Shown here one piece after another: positions 1 through 9,870 of a DNA stretch of 41,736 nt. The notes below the pieces were generated by a model. That model was not told where the DNA came from. It searched no databases and saw nothing but the letters and a program-made list of their open reading frames with translations. The position numbers and the translations under genes were made by a program. Every line of letters begins with the position of its first letter. The stretch's first letter is position 1. This DNA is from Ferroacidibacillus organovorans (lineage in GTDB: Bacteria > Bacillota > Bacilli > Alicyclobacillales > SLC66), in assembly GCF_001642725.1 (NCBI RefSeq), contig NZ_LSUQ01000022.1, positions 1 to 41,736 of the forward strand, written 5' to 3'.

Positions 1-1
1 G

Positions 2-586
2 GCGTATCTGGACGCGGGATGCCGCAAACTCTATCTCTCTATGTTTTTCCTCTTTGCGGCAGGACACGTCAAACACGACATTCCATCTTCACTCCATCCG
101 CTGGTTACGCGCTACGGTGACGCTTCATTCTACATCGGGCCACCTGCGGGAAACGCCGAAGGAATTCTACAGGCGGCGATTTCACGCGTGCAGGACGCAG
201 TGCGTGAACATCCTGCACACAGTGACGCGACGGTTCTTTTGGTGGTGCGCGGAAGCAGCGATCAGGCCGCATGGGCAGACGTATTGCAGGTTGCGCGCGC
301 GCTGTCAGACCGACTTTCGCGTCCTGTGCTCCCGTGCGCGGTGGTCGGAGTGGGTCTCAGATTCAAGGATGCATTGTGCTTCGCTCGCAAAGCGATCATC
401 GTTCTCCCCTATCTCCTTTTCACAGGCAATGTCTTGCGCGAGATTCACGAGCTGTGTATTGCCGTACAGCGGGAGGGACGCATGCTCACGTGTACCAGTC
501 CTTTAGGTGGGCATCCGTTTGTTGAAGATTATTTCTATCAGCAGGCTACTTATCACGCAAATTTTGTGAAATACGCGATAGAATAG
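2..586 (+). CDS. Sirohydrochlorin chelatase (CbiX/SirB family), 5'-truncated by window edge
   Basis: FLFAAGHVKHDIP, RGSSD and PYLLFTG motifs; frame is open back to position 2. Confidence 0.8.
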   Translation, partial: AYLDAGCRKLYLSMFFLFAAGHVKHDIPSSLHPLVTRYGDASFYIGPPAGNAEGILQAAISRVQDAVREHPAHSDATVLLVVRGSSDQAAWADVLQVARALSDRLSRPVLPCAVVGVGLRFKDALCFARKAIIVLPYLLFTGNVLREIHELCIAVQREGRMLTCTSPLGGHPFVEDYFYQQATYHANFVKYAIE

Positions 587-619
587 ATGAATCAAAACGA
601 GTTTCGAAGGAGTGGGCCA

Positions 620-1525
620 ATGTTTGAGATTGCAAGCGACAAGCTTGTCTATGCACTGAGCCAGAATCATGCGCCTGTTGCGCGCGTCACAAACGGGGAG
701 ACGGTCGTCTTTCACACGTGTGACTGTTTTCAAAACCAGATCACGCACGAAGAGCAAGAATTTGGAACGCTCGACTGGGAGCGCATCAACCCGGCGACAG
801 GTCCGCTGTTCATTGAAGGCGCTGATCCGGGTGACACGCTGGCTGTCGAGATCCTATCCATTGACGTAGCCGAGCAAGGTGTGATGACCACAGGTCCAAA
901 CCTCGGCGTGCTCGGAGACGAACTCGCTGAGAACGTGATTCGCATGGTGCCCATTCGCGACGGTGTGGCGCATTTTTCATCTTCGCTGCGCATCCCGCTC
1001 TCTCCAATGATTGGGGTCATCGGCACCGCGCCTGCCGGCGCGGACGTCTCGTGTGGAACGCCCGGCGACCACGGTGGAAATATGGACTGCACAAAGATTC
1101 GCGCTGGCGCAACGCTTTTGCTGCCGGTAAACGTGCCGGGAGCACTGCTCGCGATGGGTGATCTTCACGCGGCGATGGCTGATGGAGAGGTGGCCGTCTG
1201 CGGCATTGAGATCGCGGGGAAGGTAACCGTTCGGCTGCATGTGATCAAGGGCAAGACGTGGAAACTGCCGATGCTGATTGATGCGGAGCATGTGATCGCG
1301 ATTGCGTCAGAGGAGCGCCTCGATGAGGCGGCGGAACGCGCGACGAAAAACATGGTGGATTTTCTCGAAGGCTCCTGTGGAATGGAACGCGCGGAAGCGG
1401 TGCTGTTGCTGAGCGCTGCGGGGAGTTTGCGGATCTGTCAAGTGGTCGACCCGAAAAAGACGGCGCGTATGGAATTGCCGCGCGTGTATGCAGAGCAACT
1501 CGGGTTTTCGTTTGCGAACGCGTAG
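620..1525 (+). CDS. Acetamidase/formamidase family protein
   Basis: NPATGP, PGDHGGNMD and GDLHAAMADGEV motifs; AAGGAG RBS before ATG 620. Confidence 0.9.
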   Translation: MFEIASDKLVYALSQNHAPVARVTNGETVVFHTCDCFQNQITHEEQEFGTLDWERINPATGPLFIEGADPGDTLAVEILSIDVAEQGVMTTGPNLGVLGDELAENVIRMVPIRDGVAHFSSSLRIPLSPMIGVIGTAPAGADVSCGTPGDHGGNMDCTKIRAGATLLLPVNVPGALLAMGDLHAAMADGEVAVCGIEIAGKVTVRLHVIKGKTWKLPMLIDAEHVIAIASEERLDEAAERATKNMVDFLEGSCGMERAEAVLLLSAAGSLRICQVVDPKKTARMELPRVYAEQLGFSFANA

Positions 1526-1526
1526 G

Positions 1527-1557
1527 TCATAGATCAGCATGTGCTTTTCATAGGGTA
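1527..1557 (+). promoter_or_regulatory. Putative sigmaE-type promoter for small ORF + LSR1
   Basis: TCATA (1527-1531), 17 bp, then CATAGGGTA (1549-1557); matches ATA-N16/18-CATAnnnT. Motif match only. Confidence 0.45.
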
Positions 1558-1594
1558 AAAGGGTAACGGTTGGTTTTCGCCGTTACTCTTTTTT
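1557..1594 (+). terminator. Intrinsic terminator after amidase gene
   Basis: GTAACGG-loop-CCGTTAC stem followed by TCTTTTTT. Confidence 0.7.
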
Positions 1595-1610
1595 CATATG
1601 AGGGGGAAGT

Positions 1611-1817
1611 GTGATGGTAAACGAGAATCGCTTGACGCAAAAGGAGGATGAGGTGCGGAGTGAGGAAGCCTGCGCGAGGTTTCTGCGAGCGGAACAGTTT
1701 CGGGCGCGCTTTCGTGTGGAAGAGCAAAGCGGCGAGGCATCTCTTCAAGCGTTGCTTGAGTTACGCTTACAGCGAATCGTCGAAACGTGGCCTGCTGAGG
1801 AGGATTTGCGCGTGTAG
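1611..1817 (+). CDS. Small hypothetical protein; candidate recombination directionality factor of element 1
   Basis: 68-aa ORF with GAGGGGG RBS immediately upstream of LSR1; function inferred from position. Confidence 0.55.
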   Translation: MMVNENRLTQKEDEVRSEEACARFLRAEQFRARFRVEEQSGEASLQALLELRLQRIVETWPAEEDLRV

Positions 1818-1868
1818 TTAATGGTTGCAAAACGTTGGGGATGTGAACACGGCGGGAGGGAGACGCGG

Positions 1869-3392
1869 ATGCGCTGTGCGATCTATGCGCGGGTTTCGAC
1901 CGATCGACAAGGCGAGTCTGTTGACCATCAGGTTTCGCTCCTGCGCGAGTTTGCCAAACGTCGGGGGCAGGACTGGGAGGTTTTGGAGCATCTCGTTTTT
2001 GAGGATGAGGGGGTTTCGGCGACAAAGGTTTCCATTTGGACGAGACCTGCAATGAAGCGACTGATGGAGGCGGCGGAGCGGTCGGAAGTGGATGTTGTCT
2101 TGTTTAAGGGCATCTCACGTCTGGCGCGCAATACGCAAGAGGCGCTCGACGTCCTTGACCGTTTGCGCGCGCGCGGCTTGCGCGTGCTCTCTTACGAGGA
2201 GAGCTACGATTCGGCGAAGGAGAATTCGAACTTCATGTTCACGATGCACGCGGCCATCGCTGAGTATGAGGCAGAGAAGATCGGTGTGCGCGTGCGGCTT
2301 GGCAATAAAGAGAAGGCGAAATCAGGTCGCTGGGTGGGAGGGACACCTCCTGACGGCTACTACGTTGGGCGGGATGGTCATCTGGTGCCTGATGATGCGC
2401 GCGCGGGACTCATCCGTTCGATCTTTGAGCGCTATGCGTTGGATGGGTCATCGTGCGCCGCAATCGCTCGGGAACTGAATGCGCGCGGCGAGACAACGTC
2501 GACCGGGAATGGCTTCTCACAGACAGCGGTTGCGAGAATTCTTGACAACGAGGTGTACGCTGGACACTTGGTTTACAATCGGCGAACGGATCGCACCGTT
2601 CGCGATTACGACAGTGAGGTGCCCGGCAAGAAGAAAGAGCGGCGAATGCCGAATGTGCGGACAGAGTGGGTAGTGGTACACTGCGCTCATCCACCGTTGG
2701 TAACGCCGGATCTTGTGCAAATGGCACAAATGCGCCGCGGCCGTGTGCGCAGCCAAGCGCCGCGCACAACGCATTTGCTGACAGGAGTCCTCTCTTGCGG
2801 GCGCTGCCGCGCACCCTTGATCGCGCAGGTCAAACGCACGGCAAAGCGGGTCTATCGCTATTATGTCTGCCGCACGTACCACCAAGCGGGGAGGCAGGCG
2901 TGCGCGCAAGGAAGTGTCCCTGCGGATGATCTTGAGTCCTATGTGCTGACGCGCTTGTCTGAGCGCTTGCGCGAGGTGAGCATCAACGTGCTTGCACCCG
3001 CTTTGCAAAGCGCGTGCGCGCAAGGGGAGGAGCAGGCGAAACGCGAACGCGAACGCATCAATCGGCAACTCACGCGTCTGACGGACGCTTGGATTGCGGC
3101 GCAAGTCGATGATGTCCTGGCAGGTCAGGCCGCGTCTATTCGGGGGCGCATCGCGCGCCTGACGGCAGAGCGTGACGCGCTTTACAAGCGCCTGACGCAG
3201 GCGGGGTTGCACAGACACAAACGTGCGCAGGAGATCTATGCGCGGCTTGTCGATCTGGCGCAGGATGAACCTGCGATGAAACGATACTGGGTGCAAATGC
3301 TGATCTCGTCGCTCGTCGTGCACGATCGTACCCTCCTGATCCAGTACACGTTTTCTTCATCTGACGACACCCCGATCGATGGGAACGTTTGA
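1869..3392 (+). CDS. Large serine recombinase LSR1
   Basis: YARVST catalytic motif, SRLARN, recombinase domain, CGRC...C zinc ribbon; GGGAGGG RBS before ATG 1869. Its 3' end overlaps the yhbH junction. Confidence 0.95.
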   Translation: MRCAIYARVSTDRQGESVDHQVSLLREFAKRRGQDWEVLEHLVFEDEGVSATKVSIWTRPAMKRLMEAAERSEVDVVLFKGISRLARNTQEALDVLDRLRARGLRVLSYEESYDSAKENSNFMFTMHAAIAEYEAEKIGVRVRLGNKEKAKSGRWVGGTPPDGYYVGRDGHLVPDDARAGLIRSIFERYALDGSSCAAIARELNARGETTSTGNGFSQTAVARILDNEVYAGHLVYNRRTDRTVRDYDSEVPGKKKERRMPNVRTEWVVVHCAHPPLVTPDLVQMAQMRRGRVRSQAPRTTHLLTGVLSCGRCRAPLIAQVKRTAKRVYRYYVCRTYHQAGRQACAQGSVPADDLESYVLTRLSERLREVSINVLAPALQSACAQGEEQAKRERERINRQLTRLTDAWIAAQVDDVLAGQAASIRGRIARLTAERDALYKRLTQAGLHRHKRAQEIYARLVDLAQDEPAMKRYWVQMLISSLVVHDRTLLIQYTFSSSDDTPIDGNV

Positions 3393-3733
3393 GAAATATA
3401 TGGCGCGAACGTTTTTCTTCTGGATGGTGCGCTTTTTGCGTACGCGCTATGAGAAGGTTGACATCCAATTTATCGCTCATCACACGGAAGCGCTCGTCGT
3501 CACAGAGGATGAATTTTTCACAAAGGGTGAGAGCGGAGGCACCATCTGTTCATCCGCGTATCAGACGGCACTCAATCTGATTGATGATCGCTATCCGCCG
3601 TCGCGCTACAACATCTACCCTGTGCACTTTTCTGACGGCGACAACCTCTCTTCTGACAACGAGCGGTGTGTGCGCCTCGTTGACGAACTGATGGGACGGT
3701 GCAACATTTTCGGATACGGTGAGGTCAATCAAT
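3376..3733 (+). CDS. yhbH: Sporulation protein YhbH (DUF444), internal segment of split gene
   Basis: [17 protein letters not shown]...GESGGT.CSS...HFSDGDN...YGEVNQ is typical of YhbH; homology stops at the core repeat. Confidence 0.92.
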
Positions 3734-3775
3734 TGAACGGCGTGCGCTCTCTCCACTCCTCATGGTTGAGATCCC

Positions 3776-5341
3776 CTAAAAGAGCAATTCGACATTGAGG
3801 CGTGGACATTCTCCGCCAGTGTCGTTCAGTGTGCGTGTATATTCAATTCTCCGCACGCTTTTGATCAACAACGCGCGCAGATCATCCCCCTTACACGAGA
3901 GGAAAAGGTGGGATGGCTCGCACCTCGCGCGCGCGTTAAGAGCTGATTTGGCGCGATTTGTTTTGTGGTTCGTTTCGTTTCGCTCTTGCTTTAGCGCCTC
4001 AAGGGATTCATTAGCCTGTCGCAGTTGCTCTGCCACTTCATCGTAGCGCGCTTGAAACTGCGTGCGCGTATACACTCCCTGTTCATACATCTCGCAGATT
4101 CGCTTCAATTGTTCTTCCCGTGCCTGGCGCGTCCGCGCAATGACGTGCGCGAGGGAATCAGAGACAGCAGTGAACTCTGTCTGTTCTGGGTTTGGCGTGA
4201 TCGCTACCCCGCGGAATTGATCCGAGAGCGCACGCTGCACAGCGTGCAGGACGAGTTCATAGCGAGCGCTGCGCGTCGGGCAACCTTTTGTGGCACAGCG
4301 CAGTGCATTGTGCGGACGATTTTTCACAGGTTGTCGAACCATGGCGCGCTTGCATGTTGCGCAAAAGATGAGGCCGGCGAGGGGATGGATCTTTTTTTTA
4401 TTGTTGGCTGAGGCACAGGTTGGCGGGCGCTTGGATTCGTTGTTGACACGCTCCCACGTCGCGCAATCTACGATGGGCTCGTGATTTTCTTCGCGAACGA
4501 TCCACGCATCTGGTTCCATCACAACGCGATGATAGCGGGCACGCTCCATCTCACGCACCTTGTGGCTGCGCACGCGTCCCCACACAAGCGCACCGCGATA
4601 GACTGGGTTCAAAAGGATAAAGCGCACGGTCGAAGGCGACCACAAAGCATTCCCCGATGGACTCGGCAACGCCATGGCGCGCAGGCGTTCCGCGATTGCC
4701 GATGGACCAAGGGAATTGCTTGCGAGCGCGTAGATCCACTTCACGACTGGCGCGGTCTGCGGATCGGGGATTAGCTTCAGTTCGTCTGTGCGCAGATAGC
4801 CGTAGGGAGGTCGCTTGCTGATCGAGCGCCCCGCTTTTACACTCTGTTCGCGGCCGCGCTGCATGCGCCGCGTGATTAACTTCAATTCACGGCGAGCGAG
4901 AAAGGATTCGAATTCCGTCCACTCCTCATCCAACTCATCACGCAGGTCGTAGATCTTGCGCGGCGTCACGATGCGCGTGCCGGAGCGCTTAAACGTCTCT
5001 TGAATCACACCCTGGTCGATCAGGTTTCCGCGTCCGAGACGGTCGAGATCCATACAGAGCACCAGGTCGTAGAGTCCATTGGATACATCGTGCAGCAACT
5101 GTTGCATCTGCGGGCGTTCGAGGATGTGCTCACCTGAGGCGATTTCTTGATACGCGCGTCTAATCTCCACGTCGTGTTGACCGGCGAGTTCGCACAGCGC
5201 GCGATGATGTTTGGCGAGCGTTTCGCCGTCTCCGCGCGCTTCGGCTTCGAGATCAGCGCGCGATTTACGCAGATAGAGCGCGGCGCGTAAACGCGGTGAA
5301 TGGACTTGTGATTCATGCACAGTCGTTTCTTTTATCGTCAC
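3776..5341 (-). CDS. Large serine recombinase LSR2
   Basis: YLRKSR catalytic motif, DLDRLGR, PPYGY, CATC...C zinc ribbon; AAGGAGG RBS before GTG; ends ~40 bp from the left core. Confidence 0.95.
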   Translation of the reverse strand: MTIKETTVHESQVHSPRLRAALYLRKSRADLEAEARGDGETLAKHHRALCELAGQHDVEIRRAYQEIASGEHILERPQMQQLLHDVSNGLYDLVLCMDLDRLGRGNLIDQGVIQETFKRSGTRIVTPRKIYDLRDELDEEWTEFESFLARRELKLITRRMQRGREQSVKAGRSISKRPPYGYLRTDELKLIPDPQTAPVVKWIYALASNSLGPSAIAERLRAMALPSPSGNALWSPSTVRFILLNPVYRGALVWGRVRSHKVREMERARYHRVVMEPDAWIVREENHEPIVDCATWERVNNESKRPPTCASANNKKKIHPLAGLIFCATCKRAMVRQPVKNRPHNALRCATKGCPTRSARYELVLHAVQRALSDQFRGVAITPNPEQTEFTAVSDSLAHVIARTRQAREEQLKRICEMYEQGVYTRTQFQARYDEVAEQLRQANESLEALKQERNETNHKTNRAKSALNARARCEPSHLFLSCKGDDLRALLIKSVRRIEYTRTLNDTGGECPRLNVELLF

Positions 5342-5361
5342 ATGAAGCCCTCCTTAGTGCA

Positions 5362-5389
5362 TTGCGCTTTCTATCCATTAGAGTATAAT
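5362..5389 (+). promoter_or_regulatory. Putative sigmaA promoter of the APC transporter
   Basis: TTGCGC-16 bp-TATAAT. Confidence 0.5.
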
Positions 5390-5450
5390 GAGTCACATTG
5401 AACTCGCAGAAGATCCGTCGATGTAAGAAATGATGGAGGCCTCTTATAAC

Positions 5451-7370
5451 ATGGCGTTGTTTCGTCCATGGCTCGATTCGGCAGTGATTACCCTTTCTGT
5501 CGTAGCCATTCTCTATGCATTCTTAAATTTTAATACATTCAAACGAGTGCTCGTCGGATCGCCCATGCGCACCCGCGAGCTACATTCAAAACATAATCGA
5601 CTCTTTTGGCTGATTGCACTACCGATTCTCGCTGCGGATCTTTACTCTTCAGTCGCGTACGGCCCGGAGGCCGGCATTGCGGAACTGACCGTCAATGCGC
5701 ACCTCGGCGTTGACGCCAAGTGGCTGATTCTCCCTGTCACCGGGGCTACCGTCTTGCTATTGATCATTCTTGTCACCTCGTACATCATGGGAGTCATCGC
5801 GTATCCGAACGGCGGTGGCGCGTATGCAATCTCCAAGGACAACTTCAAACGCCCGATCATCTCGCTCATCGCGGCCAGTTCCCTCTTGATCGATTATGTC
5901 CTGACGGTCGCCGTCTCGGTTACGGCAGGGATTCAGGCGATGGCGTCCGCCTATCCGGCGCTTGTTCCGCATGAAACGATCCTTTCGGTCGCATGCATTC
6001 TGCTAATCCTCGTGGTGAATCTGCGTGGTATCTCAGAGTCGGCGACGATTTTTGCGTGGCCGACGTTCCTTTTTATGTTCGCCATGATTTTCTTGATCGG
6101 AACCGGCTTTGTGCAAGAGTTTCATCACGGCTTTGTTCAGCCCGTGACACCGCCGTTTGGTACGCTTCCTAAAGCGCTCACCTCGCTGCTTTTATTAAAG
6201 TCATTCAGCGCGGCGTGTTCCTCACTGACCGGGATTGAGACGATCTCAAACGCGGTTCCGATTTTTCGCGAGCCGAAAACCAAAGGTGCAATCAAAGCGT
6301 ACATCGCGCTCGGCGTGATAACAGGGGTGACACTTCTTGGGTTCTCTTATCACCTTTATGTGAACGGGATCAACGTCATGCCAAACACGACGATGGAGTC
6401 ACAACTCCTGTCGCTCTACTTCGGCTTTGGCCCGATCTATCAAATTATCATCTGGCTGACGTTTATCGTGCTCATCCTCGCGGCAAACTCGACATTCACC
6501 GGATTTCCGCAATTGGCTGCGCTCGTCGCGGCAGACAGCTTTCTCCCGCGCGCCCTCATGCTGCGCGGAGATCGTCTCGGATACTCCAATGGGATGATCG
6601 TGTTGGCTGCGTTTTCCACCATCCTCGTTGTCGTTTTCAATGCACAGACCGATAATTTGATTCCTCTATACTCGATCGGCGTTTTCGTCGCCTTCTCTGT
6701 GGCACAGATTGGACTCGTGCGCTACTGGCTGCGCGAAAAGAAGGGTCGTTGGAAAACAAAACTGACGATCAACCTGATTGGCTCAATCGTAACCATGCTG
6801 GTGTCTGTCGTTGTCTCCGTGACAAAGTTTACGAGCGGTGCGTGGATCATCTTCATTGTTCTCCCGATTCTCCTGTTTATCGCGCTCGCTGTGCGCCGCC
6901 ACTATACGCAGATCGCGAACGAATTGCGGATTGACATGTCATGCATTCGCCCGGAATCACACCGTGTGATCACGGTCGTGCTGGTGTCTGGCGTCAATCG
7001 CGTCGTGCTTAACGCCCTTTCTTTTGCAAAGAGCATCAACAACGAAGTGATCGCGCTCTATATCGGCTTTGACGATGAATCGATCGAGCGCATCGAAAAG
7101 AAGTGGAATGAATGGGAGTGTCCCTGCCGATTGATCACCGTCAAAAGTGAGTATCGCTCGATTCTCTATCCACTGTCTCGCTTTATTGGGCGGCTGCAGT
7201 CGATGGAAGACGGGAAACCGGATCACGTTCATGTGATGATCGCCCAGTTTGTGCCTAAGAAGTGGTGGCACAACATTCTGCATAACCAGACGTCACTCGT
7301 GATCCGTGCTTGGCTTTTACGGCACCGGGATGTCGTGGTAACGACGATTCCCTATCATTTACACGATTAA
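5451..7370 (+). CDS. APC-family permease, KimA/YdaO-like K+ transporter
   Basis: KRVLVGSP...D.YSSVAYGPE, YPNGGGAY, LLIDYVLTVAVS and C-terminal HNQT...PYHL; about 12 TM segments. Confidence 0.88.
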   Translation: MALFRPWLDSAVITLSVVAILYAFLNFNTFKRVLVGSPMRTRELHSKHNRLFWLIALPILAADLYSSVAYGPEAGIAELTVNAHLGVDAKWLILPVTGATVLLLIILVTSYIMGVIAYPNGGGAYAISKDNFKRPIISLIAASSLLIDYVLTVAVSVTAGIQAMASAYPALVPHETILSVACILLILVVNLRGISESATIFAWPTFLFMFAMIFLIGTGFVQEFHHGFVQPVTPPFGTLPKALTSLLLLKSFSAACSSLTGIETISNAVPIFREPKTKGAIKAYIALGVITGVTLLGFSYHLYVNGINVMPNTTMESQLLSLYFGFGPIYQIIIWLTFIVLILAANSTFTGFPQLAALVAADSFLPRALMLRGDRLGYSNGMIVLAAFSTILVVVFNAQTDNLIPLYSIGVFVAFSVAQIGLVRYWLREKKGRWKTKLTINLIGSIVTMLVSVVVSVTKFTSGAWIIFIVLPILLFIALAVRRHYTQIANELRIDMSCIRPESHRVITVVLVSGVNRVVLNALSFAKSINNEVIALYIGFDDESIERIEKKWNEWECPCRLITVKSEYRSILYPLSRFIGRLQSMEDGKPDHVHVMIAQFVPKKWWHNILHNQTSLVIRAWLLRHRDVVVTTIPYHLHD

Positions 7371-7375
7371 AACAG

Positions 7376-7450
7376 GATAGACGGTAGCATGGCGCTCTCT
7401 CGCCACCGTTTACGGGAAAATAATCGGCTGCGCCGTTATTTTGAGATAGA
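7376..7450 (+). repeat. ~75-bp two-hairpin repeat, copy 1
   Basis: Near-identical to 28265-28340; begins and ends with GATAGA. Confidence 0.85.
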
Positions 7451-7473
7451 GACAAGCGAGCCTCCCATATCGT
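7446..7473 (+). promoter_or_regulatory. Putative sigmaE-type promoter for ORF 7497
   Basis: ATA (7446-7448), 17 bp, then CATATCGT (7466-7473). Confidence 0.4.
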
Positions 7474-7496
7474 TAAGAAGATAGGGAGGTGTTTTT

Positions 7497-7697
7497 ATGC
7501 CGTCTACGACGTACTACCTTGATCACGCGATCGTAACCATTCACGTTCGCTGCGAATGGAACGCAAAATCGTTTGATGGAGTGGTGGAGACTCCAATCTA
7601 TCGCACGTTTTGCGAAGCGGTGCGGCGTGTTGCCAGCAATGGACAGGCAGAGAGCCGGGATGGGTCAATCAATACAACCGCAGCTCCACGCTCATGA
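7497..7697 (+). CDS. Small protein crossing the right att site; candidate directionality factor of element 2
   Basis: Strong AGGGAGGT RBS; ORF reads through the core; on the excised circle it would stop right after the core (59 aa). Confidence 0.6.
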   Translation: MPSTTYYLDHAIVTIHVRCEWNAKSFDGVVETPIYRTFCEAVRRVASNGQAESRDGSINTTAAPRS

Positions 7698-7816
7698 GCG
7701 CGTACCGTAACATTCGCTCGCCTCGCTTTCGCTGTGCGGTCATCAAGGATAAAGCGGAGGTTTACAAAGCGCTACGCACCTTCTTTTCCACTGCAGAAGG
7801 AGGGATCGTACCGTGA
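7663..7816 (+). CDS. yhbH: YhbH C-terminal segment
   Basis: [17 protein letters not shown]...VYKALRTFF matches the YhbH C-terminus; its stop overlaps the spoVR start (GTGA). Confidence 0.9.
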
Positions 7817-7991
7817 CACCAGATGAGATTCGCGAACTTGAGTCGTCGATTGAACGCATGATGGAGCTGGCGCAAGGGTTTGGACTTGACTTCTATGACA
7901 TGCGATTTGAACTGGTACCCGCCGACGTGTTATACACGTTCGGCGCGTACCAAGGCATGCCGACCCGCTTTTCACACTGGTCGTTTGGTAA
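7813..7991 (+). CDS. spoVR: SpoVR segment 1 (N-terminus)
   Basis: GFGLDFY.MRFE...[28 protein letters not shown]. Confidence 0.93.
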
Positions 7992-8018
7992 GACAAAGCA
8001 CCATGTGTATGAAAAAAA

Positions 8019-9437
8019 TTAGACATTCCAGTTGATCTCAAGATCTTGATTGGGACGAAGAAGGATCGTTTTGATGGCGGCCCGTAAAACTGCTTGGCGA
8101 GCGTCAAAATCCAGATCGTCCCAGCTCTGATCGATCAGACGCATAAGATTGAACAGGTCCTCTTTACGTGCGGGCTCGGGCGCTGCCTCCTCCAACGTAT
8201 CACGTTGTAACCATAACGCGCGTTTCTCGGCTTCTAATGCATCGATTCGTTCTTTCAGATGAGATGGCTGAATGAACCCTTCCTCAAAAGCGTCGTACCA
8301 TCGGTTTAATCGATGATCAATCTGGGTTAATTTTTCTTCAATCGCGGATAACACCACGCATGATTGGCGTTGTTCTTCAGTAGAGAGCTCAATTTCTGTG
8401 CGCAGGTCTTCCATGTCAATGGCGGTTGATCTCACCTTAGCGATGATCCAAGCTTCGAGTTTTTCTTGAGGGAAATAGCCTAATTGGCAGTGTTCTTGCC
8501 CTTTTCGATCTCTTTTGCGCACATGTTGATTCTTACAGGCGTAGTATTCGTAGGTATGTGTTTGTCTCTTTGTGCGAACGCGAATGACAGAGCTCCCGCA
8601 TAAGCCGCAACGACACAAACCGGAAAGCAAGTATGCGCCTGTCGATGTCAGACCGTTGCGGCGACGAGCCGTTTCATTTTGAACCATTGTGTATAGATCC
8701 AGAGGGATGATTGCCTCATGCTGACCCTCCACAGGCTCCGAAGGGCCGTTGGGTAACCTCCCGGTATAGATGACCCGGTCGAGGATGGATTTAATTCCGT
8801 TGTGATCGACCTTGATATCAGTACTGCGTGCATTGAGCCAATCAGCCAGTTCGAGTCGCGATTTACCTTGGAGATACATCTGGTTTATTTTACGAATGAG
8901 TTCTGCTTTTTCAGGAACGATCACCAACGTTTGATTCTGTTTATCCCAACGGTAACCAAAAGCGACCCTGCCTCCACTCCATCGACCCTGGCGAATCCTC
9001 ATTCGTCGTCCTGACGTTGTTCGCTCAATGATCATGTCACGCTCCAACTGTGCGAATACCGCAAGGATTCCAATGGTTGCCTTGCCCAAAGGTGTCGCGG
9101 TGTCAAAGGGCTCTGTTGAACTTTTGAAAGCGACATTGTTTTTTTCAAAGACATCCTCGAGGAGATGCAACACATCCTTTTGTCTTCGACTAAGACGGTC
9201 GAGTTTATAAACGACGACAAGATCAATTTTTCCTTCTAGGGTGTGCTTGATAAGTCTGGTCATTGCAGGACGATCAAGCTTCGTGCCCGTATAACCGTCA
9301 TCAATATAAAATCGGTAGTCTTCCCAACCCTGTGAGGCACAGTAGGCAATAAGTCGATCTCGTTGGTGATCGATTGAAAATCCCTGCATCGCTTGTTCTT
9401 CCGTGGAAACGCGGATATAGAGGGCAATCTTAGTCAT
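8019..9437 (-). CDS. Large serine recombinase LSR3
   Basis: [24 protein letters not shown]...C; likely start ATG 9437 with GGGG RBS; ends 27 bp from the left core. Confidence 0.95.
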   Translation of the reverse strand: MTKIALYIRVSTEEQAMQGFSIDHQRDRLIAYCASQGWEDYRFYIDDGYTGTKLDRPAMTRLIKHTLEGKIDLVVVYKLDRLSRRQKDVLHLLEDVFEKNNVAFKSSTEPFDTATPLGKATIGILAVFAQLERDMIIERTTSGRRMRIRQGRWSGGRVAFGYRWDKQNQTLVIVPEKAELIRKINQMYLQGKSRLELADWLNARSTDIKVDHNGIKSILDRVIYTGRLPNGPSEPVEGQHEAIIPLDLYTMVQNETARRRNGLTSTGAYLLSGLCRCGLCGSSVIRVRTKRQTHTYEYYACKNQHVRKRDRKGQEHCQLGYFPQEKLEAWIIAKVRSTAIDMEDLRTEIELSTEEQRQSCVVLSAIEEKLTQIDHRLNRWYDAFEEGFIQPSHLKERIDALEAEKRALWLQRDTLEEAAPEPARKEDLFNLMRLIDQSWDDLDFDARQAVLRAAIKTILLRPNQDLEINWNV

Positions 9438-9617
9438 AGCACACCCCATTGACTTTATTGATGTGACTTGATGCCAATGAATGATTGCTTCACCGTTATG
9501 ATATTTACGTTGTTTTGCAAAATGCGGCTCCACAACTCATATTTAAAAACAATCAAGAGGATATACGTATTCAGTTGGAGGTTTATAACCACAAATAACG
9601 ATTCGATAAGCTGGCAA

Positions 9618-9643
9618 ACGGACGTGCCGCTTGAGCATAGCCT
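9618..9643 (+). promoter_or_regulatory. Putative sigmaK-type promoter for the 46-aa ORF
   Basis: AC (9618-9619), 16 bp, then CATAGCCT (9636-9643). Confidence 0.4.
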
Positions 9644-9661
9644 TAATTAGGGGGTGTGCTT

Positions 9662-9802
9662 GTGGAGGAAAAACCGATCAAATTAAATCCGGATGCGGCA
9701 CGGTTGATTTTACGCCTGTGTGTTGAGGCCATACGTAGAGCGAACGCGAAACGGGGAAGAGAACGGGTAGAGGGCGTACAAAATCTTCAAGAGGGCGCTT
9801 AG
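9662..9802 (+). CDS. 46-aa ORF divergent from LSR3 (not in ORF track); candidate directionality factor
   Basis: GTG...TAG encodes MEEKPIKLNPDAARLILRLCVEAIRRANAKRGRERVEGVQNLQEGA; GGGGG RBS 7 nt upstream. Confidence 0.55.
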   Translation: MEEKPIKLNPDAARLILRLCVEAIRRANAKRGRERVEGVQNLQEGA

Positions 9803-9870
9803 CCTTCTTATGTAGGACAGGCCACAGTGAGTATGTATGCACGAGTAAACACCCGATATACGCACTGCAA

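Larger units (their letters stand above)
1..3378. mobile_element. Element 1 (right part only): LSR element interrupting yhbH; left end outside window
   Basis: YhbH homology starts abruptly at S-M-G-T-F-E-K-Y (~3376), directly at the 3' end of an LSR gene. The YhbH N-terminal part is not in the window. Whether the genes at 2-1525 are cargo is inferred. Confidence 0.7.
3723..7673. mobile_element. Element 2: 3,940-bp LSR element inside yhbH
   Basis: Direct repeat GGTCAATCAAT at 3723-3733 and 7663-7673; deletion joins GEVNQ to [11 protein letters not shown] in frame. Confidence 0.93.

Noticed and set aside
2517..3323. Long antisense ORFs (also 17110-17937, 31451-32236)
   Set aside because: Shadows of well-supported genes with no recognisable motifs.
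5390..5450. c-di-AMP (ydaO) riboswitch before the KimA-like gene
   Set aside because: Leader is too short and lacks the motif.
9827..9860. MYARVNT resembling a serine recombinase N-terminus
   Set aside because: Only a few residues match, the catalytic Ser is absent, and the rest is antisense to the TA remnant; possible relic but unsupported.
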